A stretch of 64,000 nucleotides of DNA from Leucoraja ocellata (lineage: Eukaryota). The notes below the pieces were generated by a model that was given only the letters and a program-made list of their open reading frames with translations, was not told where the DNA came from and did no database searches. The DNA lies in contig JAWMAR010000001.1 in NCBI GenBank assembly GCA_036785375.1, positions 4,464,001-4,528,000 on the forward strand, read 5' to 3'. Position numbers and translations under genes: made by a program. How positions within the stretch are numbered: the stretch's first letter is position 1; the number at the start of each line of letters is the position of its first letter. This document shows positions 36,600-49,148 of this stretch, in pieces.

Positions 36600-38548
36600 A
36601 TTATTTGGCATCTAAAATTATACAATTATTGTTCAGCTTCAATTTTAACCTTTTAACTTGAAAATGAGAGAAAAGAAGAGAGAAAGAACAAGAGAGGGAA
36701 AAAGTGAGAAGTGAAAAGATAGCTCGATAAAGTACATAGAAAAGATCCCTAGACTGTCAAAGTAGTGTGGCCAAAAAGTGAATAAAGATATAAGAGGAAA
36801 AAAGAAAGTGGAGATAAACCTGCACCTCGTCCCCCACCCCCCCCCCCCCCCCCCCCCCTCCACCCTCCTCACCCAACCCAGAATCGGATTTAAATCTAAA
36901 TTTGTGTTGCGCCATACTTTCCTTGTAAGAATTCGGTGAAAGGTGTCCATGTCTTAAAAAATTGATCTGGTTTTTCTGCCAAGACAAGCCTAATATTTTC
37001 CAAATGTAGTGTCTCGGACATGTTTGTAATCCACATCTTCATAGTAGGGACTGATGTGCTTTTCCAAAATTTAAGTATTAGTTTTTTCGCCGTTATCAGG
37101 CCACAGTTCAGGAAACGTCTTTGAAATAATGTTAGCACAGAAAAGGCTTCTGATGTACCTAGTGTGATCAATTCTGTGTCGGGGTCCAAATTTATTGTAA
37201 GTATTTTAGGAAAAATTTCAAATATTCCCCTCCAAAAATTGTGTAACTTTATACAGGAGGCAAAAGAGTGGGTTATGGTTGCTTCCTGAAGGAGGCATTT
37301 ATCACAAATAAGGGAGACATTTGGGAAGATCTTATTCAGTTTAGACTTTGAATAATAAAGTCTATGCAGTATTTTAAATTGTATTAGTGAGTGCCTAACA
37401 TTAAGAGAACAGTTGTGTATATATAGAAGGCTTTCCTCCCAACTATCTTTTAAAATTGTTAGGCCCAGTTCATCTTCCTAAGCTCGCCTAATTATTTCCG
37501 ACGATGGGGTTTGTCTATTTAAAAGGGTATTGTAAAGGTACGGTATTAACTTATTTGAATCCGACTTACTATTCATGCATTCGTCTATGTCTGGAACCAT
37601 ATATTGACAGCCTTGGGTATGTGGTTTCAGATAGTCTCGTATTTGAAAACATCTAAAGTATTGGTTACCTTTCAGATGATATTTCGACTGTAATTCTTGA
37701 AATGAGAGGAGATTCCCCATCTCATAAAGGTCTCCCAGCTTTTTAATTCCTAAGCTTTCCCATTGTATAAACGCCTTGTCTAAAGTAGATGGCTTAAATG
37801 AGGGATTGTTGGTGATTGGTAAGAGAAGAGATACATTTCTCAATTTAAGGGTTGACCACTTGTTTCAAGATTTGTAAGGTGCTATGGATTATCGTATTTT
37901 TCTCATATGCTGATTTTTTCCTATTTATTGGAGAGAGAAGAATCGCGCCTATATTAAAAGGAAAACAATCTTCTCTCTCCATTATTAGCCAGTTTACCTG
38001 TTGGCATGTATCGTCCATCCAATAGATTATATTTTTAATATTCGTTGCCCAGTAATAGTAAAAAAAATTAGAGAGAGCCAGTTGCCAATTTCTTTGGGTT
38101 TACATAAATGTCGTTTATGGATTCTGTGAGTTTTGCAATCCCAAATAAAGTTTGTGATCACAGAATCGAGTTTAAAAAAAACATTTTTAGGGAGATAAAT
38201 CGGTATTGATTGAAATAGGTACAGGATTTGTGGAAGGAAGATCATCTTTATGGCATTTATTCTACCTATGAGGAAGATCGGAAGCGTTTTCCAAAATTGA
38301 ATAAGGACATTTAGTTTGATTATTAATGGTGGAAAATTTGCTTGAAATAAAGAAGGATATTTTCTAATTGCGTAAACTCCAAGATATTTACATTTTTCTG
38401 TAGCAATTCTAAAAGGAAATTTTAGAAGTTGTGTCGAATCTTGAGGTTTTATTGACATAATTTCACTTTTGTTCCAGTTTATTCCATATCCTGAAAAGGA
38501 ACCAAATTATTCTATAAGATTTAGTATGTTTGAAATACTAACTTGGGA
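36600..38548 (-). mobile_element. L1-clade LINE, 5'-truncated, decayed
   Basis: Colinear with 32322-34333 in opposite orientation (KFPFRIATEK, GRINAIKMIFLPQILYLFQSIP, ICDKC). Confidence 0.9.
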
Positions 38549-39888
38549 GATGTTGGCCCTTTCTTTGTATTACTCAATAACAAGTTGTGGAGCAAGTTCC
38601 TGCATTTTCAAATCTGTAGACACTTTATTTATTTTTCTTTTAATTTCTCTCCAAAGCATTAGAACTTATCGGGAAATAAATCATTTAATTACATTGCTGT
38701 GTCAATAACAAATGACACCACAACACAATATGCTGTTACTATTTTACAAGTACAACTGGTAATCGTTCATTTAATTTTTTGTTGACATGAGCATGTCATC
38801 GATGGGCATTCATACTATTTTTCTCTTAGTGCGTCAGGCCTGGCAGTTATTTTCATCATAATAGTGCTTGGCTTAAGTAACATTATTATATTTGGTCAAA
38901 ATTTCATTCTCAGGATCAATTATGTACCATTTTGTCAATTAATTGTATCCAGATGTCACAAAACGGAAGGCTGGTGTTTTCTACTTCTGTTCTTGTACAG
39001 GTCACTCATCTCTCCATCTTAAAAGTCAGTGGATGAAATGGCAAGCGGAAATGCAGAAAGCTTTAACCAGTAGGATGGAAGTTACGCACAGTTAAATTCC
39101 ATATCCCCTCCCAACAAAATAAAGCTCAGATTAGTGGTTTGTCAACCTCCAAAGTTATAGGTTTGAATGGGTAACCAAGCCATGTAAACCAAGAAGATCT
39201 GAAGGGTCCTGACCCAAAACGTCACCTATCCTTTATGTCCAAAAATGCTGCCTGACCTGCTGAGTTACTCCAGCATTTTGTGTCTCTTTGGTAAAACGAG
39301 CATCTGCAGTTCCTTTTTAATACAAGTAACCCAAGTAAGCATAGCTATATGGCATTACATATATTGTTCATTGTGAAATTAGTTGTTTTAAATTTAGGTG
39401 CAGTAACTGCTGTTAACCGAGGTTTTAAATTAATCAAATGCTTGAAATGGGTATTTAGATTTGAACTTTTACAGTACACCTCTAACTCCCACTGCAATTG
39501 AAAGTGTTAAAATAAGTATTAATATTTACACAAAGATTAATTCACAAGAAAAAATTAGCATAAGGATTGTGTGCATTGATTTCTTTTTGAGAAACTGACC
39601 AGGCAGTTTAATTCTACTGTAAATGTGTCTGAGTAAATATATCAAACCACTCATTTGTTTATTCTTTAAATAAGTTCTTAATCAAAATGTGATACGAGGT
39701 CTCCTGTAATCCTCCTGCCCCTTCTCAATGATAGAAAAAAAGCTATATGTCATTTAAATCTCACCCGGGACTGGTGAAAATACTGCTGTGATCAGAAAAA
39801 GATGTGGCTCACCCCGGGGAGTAATCAAAAATAAAACTGAGTAAATAAAGTAAACTTTCTGCTTAATTTGAGGATTACTTTAACTTGA

Positions 39889-40233
<345 letters not shown>

Positions 40234-41559
40234 TGAAAAATATTGTACAACTTACGCCCACATTTTAGATAATTAAGTTATTATCCCAAGTTTGAGGTCA
40301 CTGACTAAACCAATCTCTCTTCGCTATCTCCATGTCTTCAGATTGTTTGTTGGACATCTGTCCATGGAAACGCATCCAGTTTCTCCAGTTAAACTCCAAA
40401 AGCTAAAGCCTTTGTTTTCAGCTCTTGGCAGAAACTCCAGATCTCTCTCACAAAGAAGCAGTCAGAGGATCAGGCAGTATCTGCGAAAGGAGAAAATCAG
40501 CTCTGAAATGTTCAGTTTCTCCTTCCGGTCTAATCTGAGGTCCTTATTTTGTGGCCAGATAAATCCAGGGGTCTTGATTGATCCCAAGGTCTTCTGGGTT
40601 ATGCCTTGTGTGTACCCTTTAAAAAACATTATCTATGTATTTGAATTCTCAGGAAAATATATTCCATAGAGTTGATTGCTCTTCAGAAATTAAATTTATT
40701 ATGATTGAGCTCAAAATATTGCACAAGATTGGGTAAAGAAGGCACTTTTGATCATTGAGAGGACACTGATTCCAACATCAAATTAAATTAAATATCATGC
40801 ACTAATCAATCTATGTTTCTAAGTGGTGGCTGTAGAAAAATTCCCTGACCACTAATTGGAACCTTTGCATGCACTGGAAATTGTCGCTATTTCCAAACCT
40901 AACTGAGTATTATCATGGAGACACAAAAACTGCACATGCTGGAATATTGAGCAAAAAAACATATTGCTGGAGGAACACATATGTACAATCTGAATAAAGG
41001 TCTCCACCCAAAATGTCATCTATCCATTCCCTCCACAGATGTTGCCTGGCCTGCTGAGTTCCTCCAGCACTTTGTTTTTTGAGTACGATGAATATTTGTC
41101 GAAAAATTAAATACGCATGCCAAGACGAGATTGGAGAAATATGGTTACAATCAGATGTTGTTAATGGTGGAGTGACTTGAATGGTCTTCTCATGTTTTGA
41201 TATGTTTACTTGTATTGGAACAAGTGTCCCGATACTGATTGCTGCAGAAAAAGCCCATCCTCATAATGAGAACTCTAAATTGTCCACTGGTATGTGAGTA
41301 AAATTGGCTTCCTTGTTCTCATTGCTATTCTGTTAGGCTAATTTTTCCTTAATTAATAACAATGATTTTTTTGAAAAGAATTACGGTGCAATAGGTTGAC
41401 AATCAAAAGGCAACAAATCAGATTCTTGAGTAAACAAATGTTTAATGCTTGTTATAGTTATCAATTCCAATGAAGTGTTACTTTTTTTTGTATGTTTCAC
41501 TTTTTTTAATGTATTTATGGTGAATTGTTTATTGACCTTTTTTTTCATTCCTCTGATAG

Positions 41560-41693
41560 GTCTTGTTTATGATACTCTGATGTTGAAGCACCATTGCACT
41601 TGTGGCAATACAAATAGCCACCCTGAACATGCTGGGAGAATCCAGAGTATCTGGTCTCGACTGCAAGAGACAGGCCTACGCAGCAAATGTGAG
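41560..41693 (+). CDS. HDAC4: Histone deacetylase 4 exon, start of the deacetylase domain with class IIa structural zinc ligands
   Basis: ctgatag|GT..GAG|gtaatt, 134 nt, phase 1/0. Encodes (G)[44 protein letters not shown]. Confidence 0.97.
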
Positions 41694-42754
41694 GTAATTT
41701 CCAAACACAGTCAAGAGCTTCTTGATTCAAGTCTAAATGTAAAACAAACTGTTGCCGCCACTGTTGAATGGTTTAGAATAGTCTTTTGCAAAATTGAAAT
41801 ACAAACTTGAGTAGCTTCATGAGCAGAATTTAAATCTTAAATTACTAATTTACTCTGATCAAGTTACCTCTGAATTGTGTTAAAGCCATTTGAAATCTGC
41901 ACAGACAGTACCTGTGTTAATTTATTAGCATAACAAATGATGGTCATTAAATCTGACGTGAGAACTTGATATAAATCATTTGAACATAGTCCTGGCTTCA
42001 TGGATTTGGATGTATTACAGGCAATCTAAACGCTCCAGTCTGCAGCAGTGCTTTTACAATTCATCATGCAAAACAAAATGAAACGGGCTCGATAGTTAAG
42101 GAACGGTATTCTCATAACTTTATTTTTTTCTTGTTTCATTTTGTAAATGGAGGAGACTGGGACTATGCTCTCTGAAGTTAGAAAAATGGGAAGTTATCTA
42201 TGAAACATAGAAAGTTCCTAAACCCTTACAAGTGTATGGAGTTGATGTTTTGCTTGGTGGTGTGTCTAAGCCTGGAGTTGCACTGTCAGAATAAGAGGTC
42301 AGCCATTCAGGATGCAGATAAGAAGACATTTCTTTGCCCAGAGGTTAGGGTGTCTGGAATTCTCCATGAGGGTCAGTTGCTGAGTAAATCAAGACAGTGA
42401 TTGATAGATTATGGTTATTAAGGAAAAACAAAAATCAGCCATGATTTGATTGAATGGCAGAGCAGTCGCATCTATATCTTGTGTTTTTTCTATTTCGAAT
42501 AAGGGATAGAGGACATTGGAAGCAATGTTCCTATAAGAGGGAAGAGACCAGTGAAAAATTATGCAAATATACAAAAAAAGCTGGAAGTGTTGTTGCAGAT
42601 TATTATGTTTAATTACTTAAAATAAATATATGCATGGTAGATGAAAGTACCATATTTCCTGGCAATGGAGACACACCTGCGTCGAAGACGCACCCCTATT
42701 TTGAGTTGCTAAATTTTGAAAAAAGGCTGACTGGACAGGATCAAGGGTTTGGTT

Positions 42755-43173
42755 TAGAAACATAGAAACATAGAAATTAGGTGCAGGAGTAGGCCATTCA
42801 GCCCTTCGAGCCTGCACCGCCATTCAATATGATCATGGCTGATCATCCAACTCAGTATCCCGTACCTGCCTTCTCTCCCTACCCCTTGATCCCCTTAGCC
42901 ACAAGGGCCACATCTAACTCCCTCTTAAATATAGCCAATGAACTGGCCTCAACTACCCTCTGTGGCAGGGAGTTCCAGAGATTCACCACTCTCTGTGTGA
43001 AAAAAGTTCTTCTCATCTCGGTTTTAAAGGATTTCCCCCTTATCCTTAAGCTGTGACCCCTTGTCCTGAACTTCCCTAACATCGGGAACAATCTTCCTGC
43101 ATCTAGCCTGTCCAACCCCTTAAGAATTTTGTAAGTTTCTATAAGATCCCCTCTCAATCTTCTAAATTCTAGA
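42755..43173 (-). mobile_element. Young CR1/HER1 LINE 3' fragment
   Basis: Near-identical to 24700-25110; (TTTCTATG)n tail. Confidence 0.93.
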
Positions 43174-43181
43174 GTCTAGTC

Positions 43182-44311
43182 TAGGGGTCGGCAACCTTTT
43201 TTACATAGGGGCCAGGACCCATGTTTGTGAGCAGATGGCGGGCTACATCCATCTCCATAGTTGATAAATGGAGGTAATAATACATACTAACTAAATTAGT
43301 AATAATACATACTAATAATACATAAATTAGTAATAATATACTAATAATACATAGTTTTCACATTTTTCAATTAGTTTTCTGCAGTTTCCAGAATGCCTGC
43401 GTGCCCCGGGACTGGTTGCAGTTCCCAGATCCCTTGTGTCCCCGGGACTAGCTGTAGCGCCCAGGCCGCCTGCCCCGGGACAGGCTATAGCGCACAGGTC
43501 GCCTGTGAGCCCCAGGTCTAGCTGTCTGGTCTCGGCAGCCGGTCGCAGCCACCCGAGCTACTGAGTGAGTTGCTGGCATGATCCCCGACCCCCTCCTTCT
43601 CAACGCTCCTGTCCTCCCCGCAACTTTAGCCCTGGCGGCCCAGCCGTGCTGACCCGGGCCAGACTCCCCACATGCTGTGGAAGGAACTCTTTCTCCCCCC
43701 CCCCCCCCCAGCGGTGCTGTCCACAAAGTTCCCAGATCCTTCGCGTCCCCGGGACTAGCTGTAATGCTCAGGTAGTCTGACCCGGGACTGGCTGTAGCGC
43801 CCAGGTCGCTTGCGAGCCCCGGGACTAGCTGGAGTTCCCAGGTCGCCTGCCCTGGGACTGGCTGTAGCACCCAAGTCGCCTGCGAGCCCCAGGACTAGCT
43901 GCAGCTCCCAAGTCGCCTGCGAGCCCCGGAACTAGCTGCAGTTCCCAGGTTGCCTTCGAGCCCCCAGGTCTAGCTGCAGTTCCGCTGTTCGGTCCCGGCG
44001 GCAGCTCGCAGCCACCCGAGCTACTGAGTAAGTTGCTGGTATGATCCCCGACCCCCTCCTTCTCAATGCTCCTGCCCTCCACGCAACTTTACCTCTGGCG
44101 ACCCAGCCGTGCTGACCCGGGCTCCCCACATGCTGTGGAAGGAACACTCCCCCCACAACGGTGCTGTCCTTTTACAGCCGGTGTACTGACGGATAGCCAA
44201 GACTATCTTTCTTGGCTAACAATCTAACCTTCGGCCTCCAAGACACAGGTACATTTTCGGGCCTTATTTTAGGGTAAAAAATAGTGTATTCATTGCTGGG
44301 AAATACGGGTA
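43182..44311. repeat. Composite DNA-transposon remnant with a GC-rich ~33-36-bp minisatellite and an internal ~200-bp duplication
   Basis: Left end TAGGGGTCGGCAACC resembles a hAT-type TIR. Units CCCGGGACTRGCTGYAGYKCCCAGGTCGCCTG repeat across 43400-43980; 43515-43720 is repeated at 43965-44170. Right end ..GGAAATACGG. Confidence 0.55.
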
Positions 44312-45261
44312 ATTGGGATCCATTATCTTTGGTTTCTGATTTGACACTTCACTCTATACTTCAGTACATGTGTTGATTTCTAATGCACCACAGATTGCAA
44401 ATACTCAATATCAAACAACAAGATCTTTTTTTTTTAAGGAAGCATTAGCCTGAAATAGGTCAGTGTTTCCCAGCAGACAATTGTTAATGTCAGGGATAGT
44501 CGATTCCTTTACCTGTACAATATATGCATTTATGTTATGCTCACAATTGAATGAACAATTTCCATCAGGAATCAGTGACCTTTACATAAGCTCATGCTTT
44601 CTGTAGGCCTTTTATCCAGCTTGACTGGACCCACTGACATGTTTGGAGTAAACCTTATGTTCCCATATTTACTAAAACCAATGACTAGGGGTAATGTCTT
44701 CAGTTTCACTTTACAACATTTACTTACTGAATTAATGTCATTTTCTTGTAACATAATCTGTCATTACTTTCAATATGATTTGAATCACTCATTCACTAAG
44801 CAAGGATTTCCCAAGCTACCTATTTAAAAGCCTGCTCATTTTAGTCATCTATACGTTATTTTAAAATAAATAACAGAAATAGCCAATACCAAATATGATC
44901 TGAAGTAGATAGTTCAGGTGCCTTGAAAGGCAATGTTAAACAATTTTAATTTAAATAATGATTTACAGAAAACAAAATCACCTAAATGGACTCAAATAGC
45001 CTTTGGTGTTGAAGTAAAATTTGATTTAATATAATTTATTTTGTTTTACCAAGTATTCCCCTCCATCCCTTGTTTTGTACATTACATGATCTTTCATCGG
45101 ATCTTTACCTGAAGCATTAAGTTTTTCTTTTTTCATGCACGAAGTCTGACTTGCTGAGTCTTTTCCACATTCTTACATTTTAGTTCATATTCCTGTTTTT
45201 GTTTTGACTCTTCTGTGCCATCAAGTCCAGTTTCACCAGACATTGTTCATATTTGGAAGTA

Positions 45262-46947
45262 CAGGTGCACAACCTTATATCCGAAAGCCTTGGGACCAGA
45301 CACTTTTCGTAATTCAGAATTTTTCGGCTTTCGGAATGGAAGATTTTTAGCGTAGATTTTAACGGCTGGCTCAGTGGTAGAGTGCTCGGCTCATATCCGC
45401 AAGGTCGCGAGTTTGCGTCTCGATCCCGGCAGTTACTCGATCGCGAGTTTGAGTCTTCAATGTAGTTTTTTCTTGCAGAATAGGAGAGAATAGGGAGGGT
45501 TAGGCTGGGATCATTCTCTGCGAGATGATCTTAGTGCGGGAGACAAGTGTAGGAGAGGTGTACTGACTGTGTGGGCAGAACTTTGGAAGTGATTGCCCAC
45601 CATTCTCAAAAGCCGCTGTGTCTCCCTGTCCCTCCAACTCCAGAGGAATCCGCTCCCCGATGCGCCGCTACGGCGACAAGTGGCAGTTCGCCCACAGCCC
45701 GAGCTGCGCCCCCTCATCCGCAACCCGGGTTCCTCTGGAGTTGGAGCGGGGCTGGGCTAGAGTTGTTGCTGGCTGTGAGTCTCTGGGATCTCCGTGCTTG
45801 CAGTGGGCCTGGGGGTCGGTGTCCCGATGAGGGGGCGCAGCTCGGGCTGTGGGCAAACTGCCACTTGTCGCTGTAGCGGCCCATCGGGGAGCGGCTTCTG
45901 GTGGTCCTGACGTCTCTCAGCTCCTGTCCAGGGGATGGCCGGAGACGTCAGGACCAACAAGAACCCACTCCCCCATGCGCCGCTACAGCGACAAGTGGCA
46001 GTTCGCCCACAACTCGAGCTGCGCCCCCTCATCCGCAACCCGGGTTCCTCTGGAGTTGGAGCGGGGCTGGGCTAGAGTTGCTGCTGGCTGTGAGTCTCTG
46101 GGATCTCCATGCTTGCAGTCGGTGTCCCGTTGGTCCTGACGTCTCCGGTCACCCCTCTGGACTGGAGCTGAGACTGGGAACTTTACCGCCCTTGCCCCCT
46201 CCCTCTGCAACTGCAAACAACCCCACAGTTCCCAGTCTCAGCTCCTGTACAGGGGGGTGGCCGGAGACGTCACAGCCCGAGCTGCGCCCCCTCATCCGCA
46301 ACCTCAAGACCAAGACGCACCTTGCACACCATCAGCTTCGGTCCCTACGGGGAGCGTGTTCCTCTGGAATTGGAACGTGGCTGGGCTGCTGCTGGCTGTG
46401 GGTCTCTGGGATCTCCATGCTTGCAGTGGGCCTGGGGGCCGGTGTCCCGTTGGTCCTGACGTCTCCGGTGATTGGCACTGGCTCCGACGTGAAGACAGTG
46501 CAAAACCCCCGCGCCGGTGCAATGGGCGGGGAGCTGGAGAGGGGAGGGAAGGGATCACACACATGGCCGGGAAGCAGAGGGGTGTAGGTGGGGTGAAACT
46601 TAAGGGAGCGACAATTTGCTGCTGCCTGCCCGCTGAGTTAAAAAGTTCTCATGCAAGACTCACGATACACTGTGTATCGTGAGTCTACCGTGGGAACTTT
46701 TAAACTCAGCGGGCAGGCAGCAGCAGATTGTCAATTATTAACCCTCCCGCGCAATATACCCTCACCTTCTCTTTTATGAATGGGGATTTAGTTCCCCTTT
46801 CTTCGAGGACCGACCGGAGGTTCCGCTGTCACCTCTGCGGGCCGCCCTCGGTGAACGTTTTCAAGGACCTTTCTTCAAGGACTGAAAAAATGTCGCTATT
46901 CGGAGGTTTTCGTTATTTGGATCGTCGGATAAAAGGTTGTGCACCTG
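45262..46947. mobile_element. Non-autonomous Tc1/mariner (pogo/Tigger-like) DNA transposon, 1686 bp
   Basis: TA|CAGGTGCACAACCTTATATCCGA ... TCGGATAAAAGGTTGTGCACCTG|TA: 23-bp TIR with 1 mismatch and a TA TSD. No transposase; GC-rich internally repeated cargo. Confidence 0.88.
45361..45431 (+). pseudogene. tRNA-like (Met, CAT) pseudogene or SINE head inside the DNA transposon
   Basis: A-box TGGCTCAGTGG, anticodon arm CGG-CTCATAT-CCG, AGGTC variable loop, T-arm CGAG-TTTGCGT-CTCG. The B-box and acceptor stem are degenerate. Confidence 0.55.
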
Positions 46948-48964
46948 TACTCAATTATTTCATTCTCAGCTTTTCCATCGTGTTTTACTGTATATGTGTT
47001 CCTTGATGAAATGTTGGCTAACACACTTTATTTAAAAAGAAAGGTAACTGTTAGTAGACGAGGCCCACAATTATTTTTCGCCACATAGTGTTTTATGAGG
47101 ATTTTAAGAGATTTTACTTCTAAATTAAATTCTTCCCATTTACAATTTGGTAAATACTAATATAGTTGTATAGCAAAATATATGTACATTGGACCTCTGT
47201 GAAATTCATTAACCATTACTTGTCATTTTATAAACTATATTACCCCCCTTTTTAACAAGAGAGTTCAGATTTATATTTGCGTATGCACTCGCATTCTATT
47301 CCTATGCCTTTGTGGCAGGAGAAAATTAATTTATATGGTGAGCTGCATATCTTTTTAATTATGTTAGTGCATACATTCTAAAGTAAATAAAATCTCAAAA
47401 ATATTTCAGTTGATTATGTTTATGAAACAATAGGCCTTCATGTAGTGCAACAGACAATATTCATCGGGTGAGGCCATTCTTGGTTTGCTTAAAACTAAAC
47501 CTGGTATCACTAAGTACAAACATATTTTTATTGTAATTTCAAAGACATGCAGCTCAGCACAATGATGGCACCAATCCATTTGAACTTTTACCTACAAAAG
47601 AAGTATACTGGTGCATGACTGTTTTGAACAGTATGACATATGGAGGAAGTATAAATAGAAAGAAACTGAAGTATACATTTGGATTAGATTGTTTCCATGT
47701 GCCATTGAATTTTATAAAAGGCCTATATGATTATCGCCTATCTAGAGATGTGCCTTTGTAGTCACACACACAGTTGTACATATTGTTATATCTGTCAGTT
47801 GTCAGACGTTAAATTAAATATGCCCCTTGCTTGCATGAGATGTAATTATTTTGGAAAGTGTTTTTACTTTTGAATAGGTATTTCATGACAAGGGTAAATA
47901 ATTTATCAATATTTGAACAAGCCTTTTAATGTTTTGTAGTCTTCTTTAGTACATAGGAAAGCATATAAATTATGTGAGTTTTGGTAATGTCAGCAGTGTA
48001 TCCTTCATTGACCTTTTAAGCATTATTATCGATATTGACATCTAAATATATTGTGTTCTTTGTAAAAGCTTCCAACTGTAAAAAAAAAAACAAGACCCCA
48101 AAATAAGTTCATAGTTCATAAGTGATAGGAGCAGAATTAGGCTTTCGCCCCATCAAGTCTACTCCACCATCCAATCCTGGCTGATCTATCTCCCCCTCCT
48201 CACCCCATTCTCCTGCCTTCTCCCCATAACCCCTGACACCCATACTAATCAAGAATCTATCTATCTCTGCCTTAAAAATATCCATTGAATAAAATCTTTA
48301 AGTTCAAATGGGTTAACCATTCTTCTCCCATGCCACGTACTTTGTGTAGCAAGAATATAGATCTTTAAGATACTGACCATGGGAACATTGATATTTACCC
48401 AAGCACATTGCACCAAAGATCCTTTGCACTAGCAATTGTTCCAGGGCGAAATTGAAACATTCATAAAATTAGACTAAGTACTTAAATTTCATTATACCTG
48501 GCATAAGCTAATGGACATTTCTGTCTGTATCAATGTAAATTGGAGCTCAAATCTTCACACTGAATCACAGAATAGGCAACGCGGAGCTAAACTAGATTGT
48601 GCTTGGTTTTTTTTCCTGTAATTTAAAGGAAAACACTGCTGACATTGGGAGTGTGGGCTGGGCAGCAGAGCTGATTTCAGACTGCTCAGACATCTTCCAA
48701 AGTCTGCAAAATGTACTTCAATTAATAGGAAGTGTTTTCTCTAGAGCTGGGATATCATTCCAAGGGACATGTTAGAGAGAATAGGTTACAGGGAAAATAA
48801 GTGGGGGAATTGGATTGATGCAATTGTCTGATACCTGACCTAGACTCCTTCTGTATCATAAGGGAAATTAAATTTGAGTGTCTCAGTAACAACATCACTA
48901 ACTGGAGGAGTTAAAGGAGTGTCTTTTAGCCATGGCAGACTACTTGGAACAGAAGACAAAGACA

Positions 48965-49148
48965 AGGTACACAAAATTGTTGGAGAAACTCAGCGGGTGC
49001 AGCAGCATCTATGGAGCGAAGGAACTAGGCAACGTTTCGGGCCAAAACCCTTCTTCAGACTGATGGGGGGTGGGGGGGGGAAGAAGGGAGGAAAAGGGGA
49101 GGAGGAGGAGCCCGAGGGCGGGCGGATAGGAGGGTGGGAGGAGACAGC
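48965..49148 (-). repeat. Penelope-like repeat with a hammerhead-like core (49031-49058) and an extended flank
   Basis: Minus strand CTGAAGAAGGGTTTTGGCCCGAAACGTT, preceded on that strand by a pyrimidine-rich extension. Confidence 0.65.

Noticed and set aside
43400-43990. CRISPR-like array of ~35-bp repeats
   Set aside because: Degenerate tandem units without unique spacers, eukaryotic context and no cas genes; it is a minisatellite.
45361-45431. Functional tRNA-Met gene
   Set aside because: Acceptor stem and T-loop/B-box are degenerate and it is embedded in a transposon; kept only as tRNA-like.
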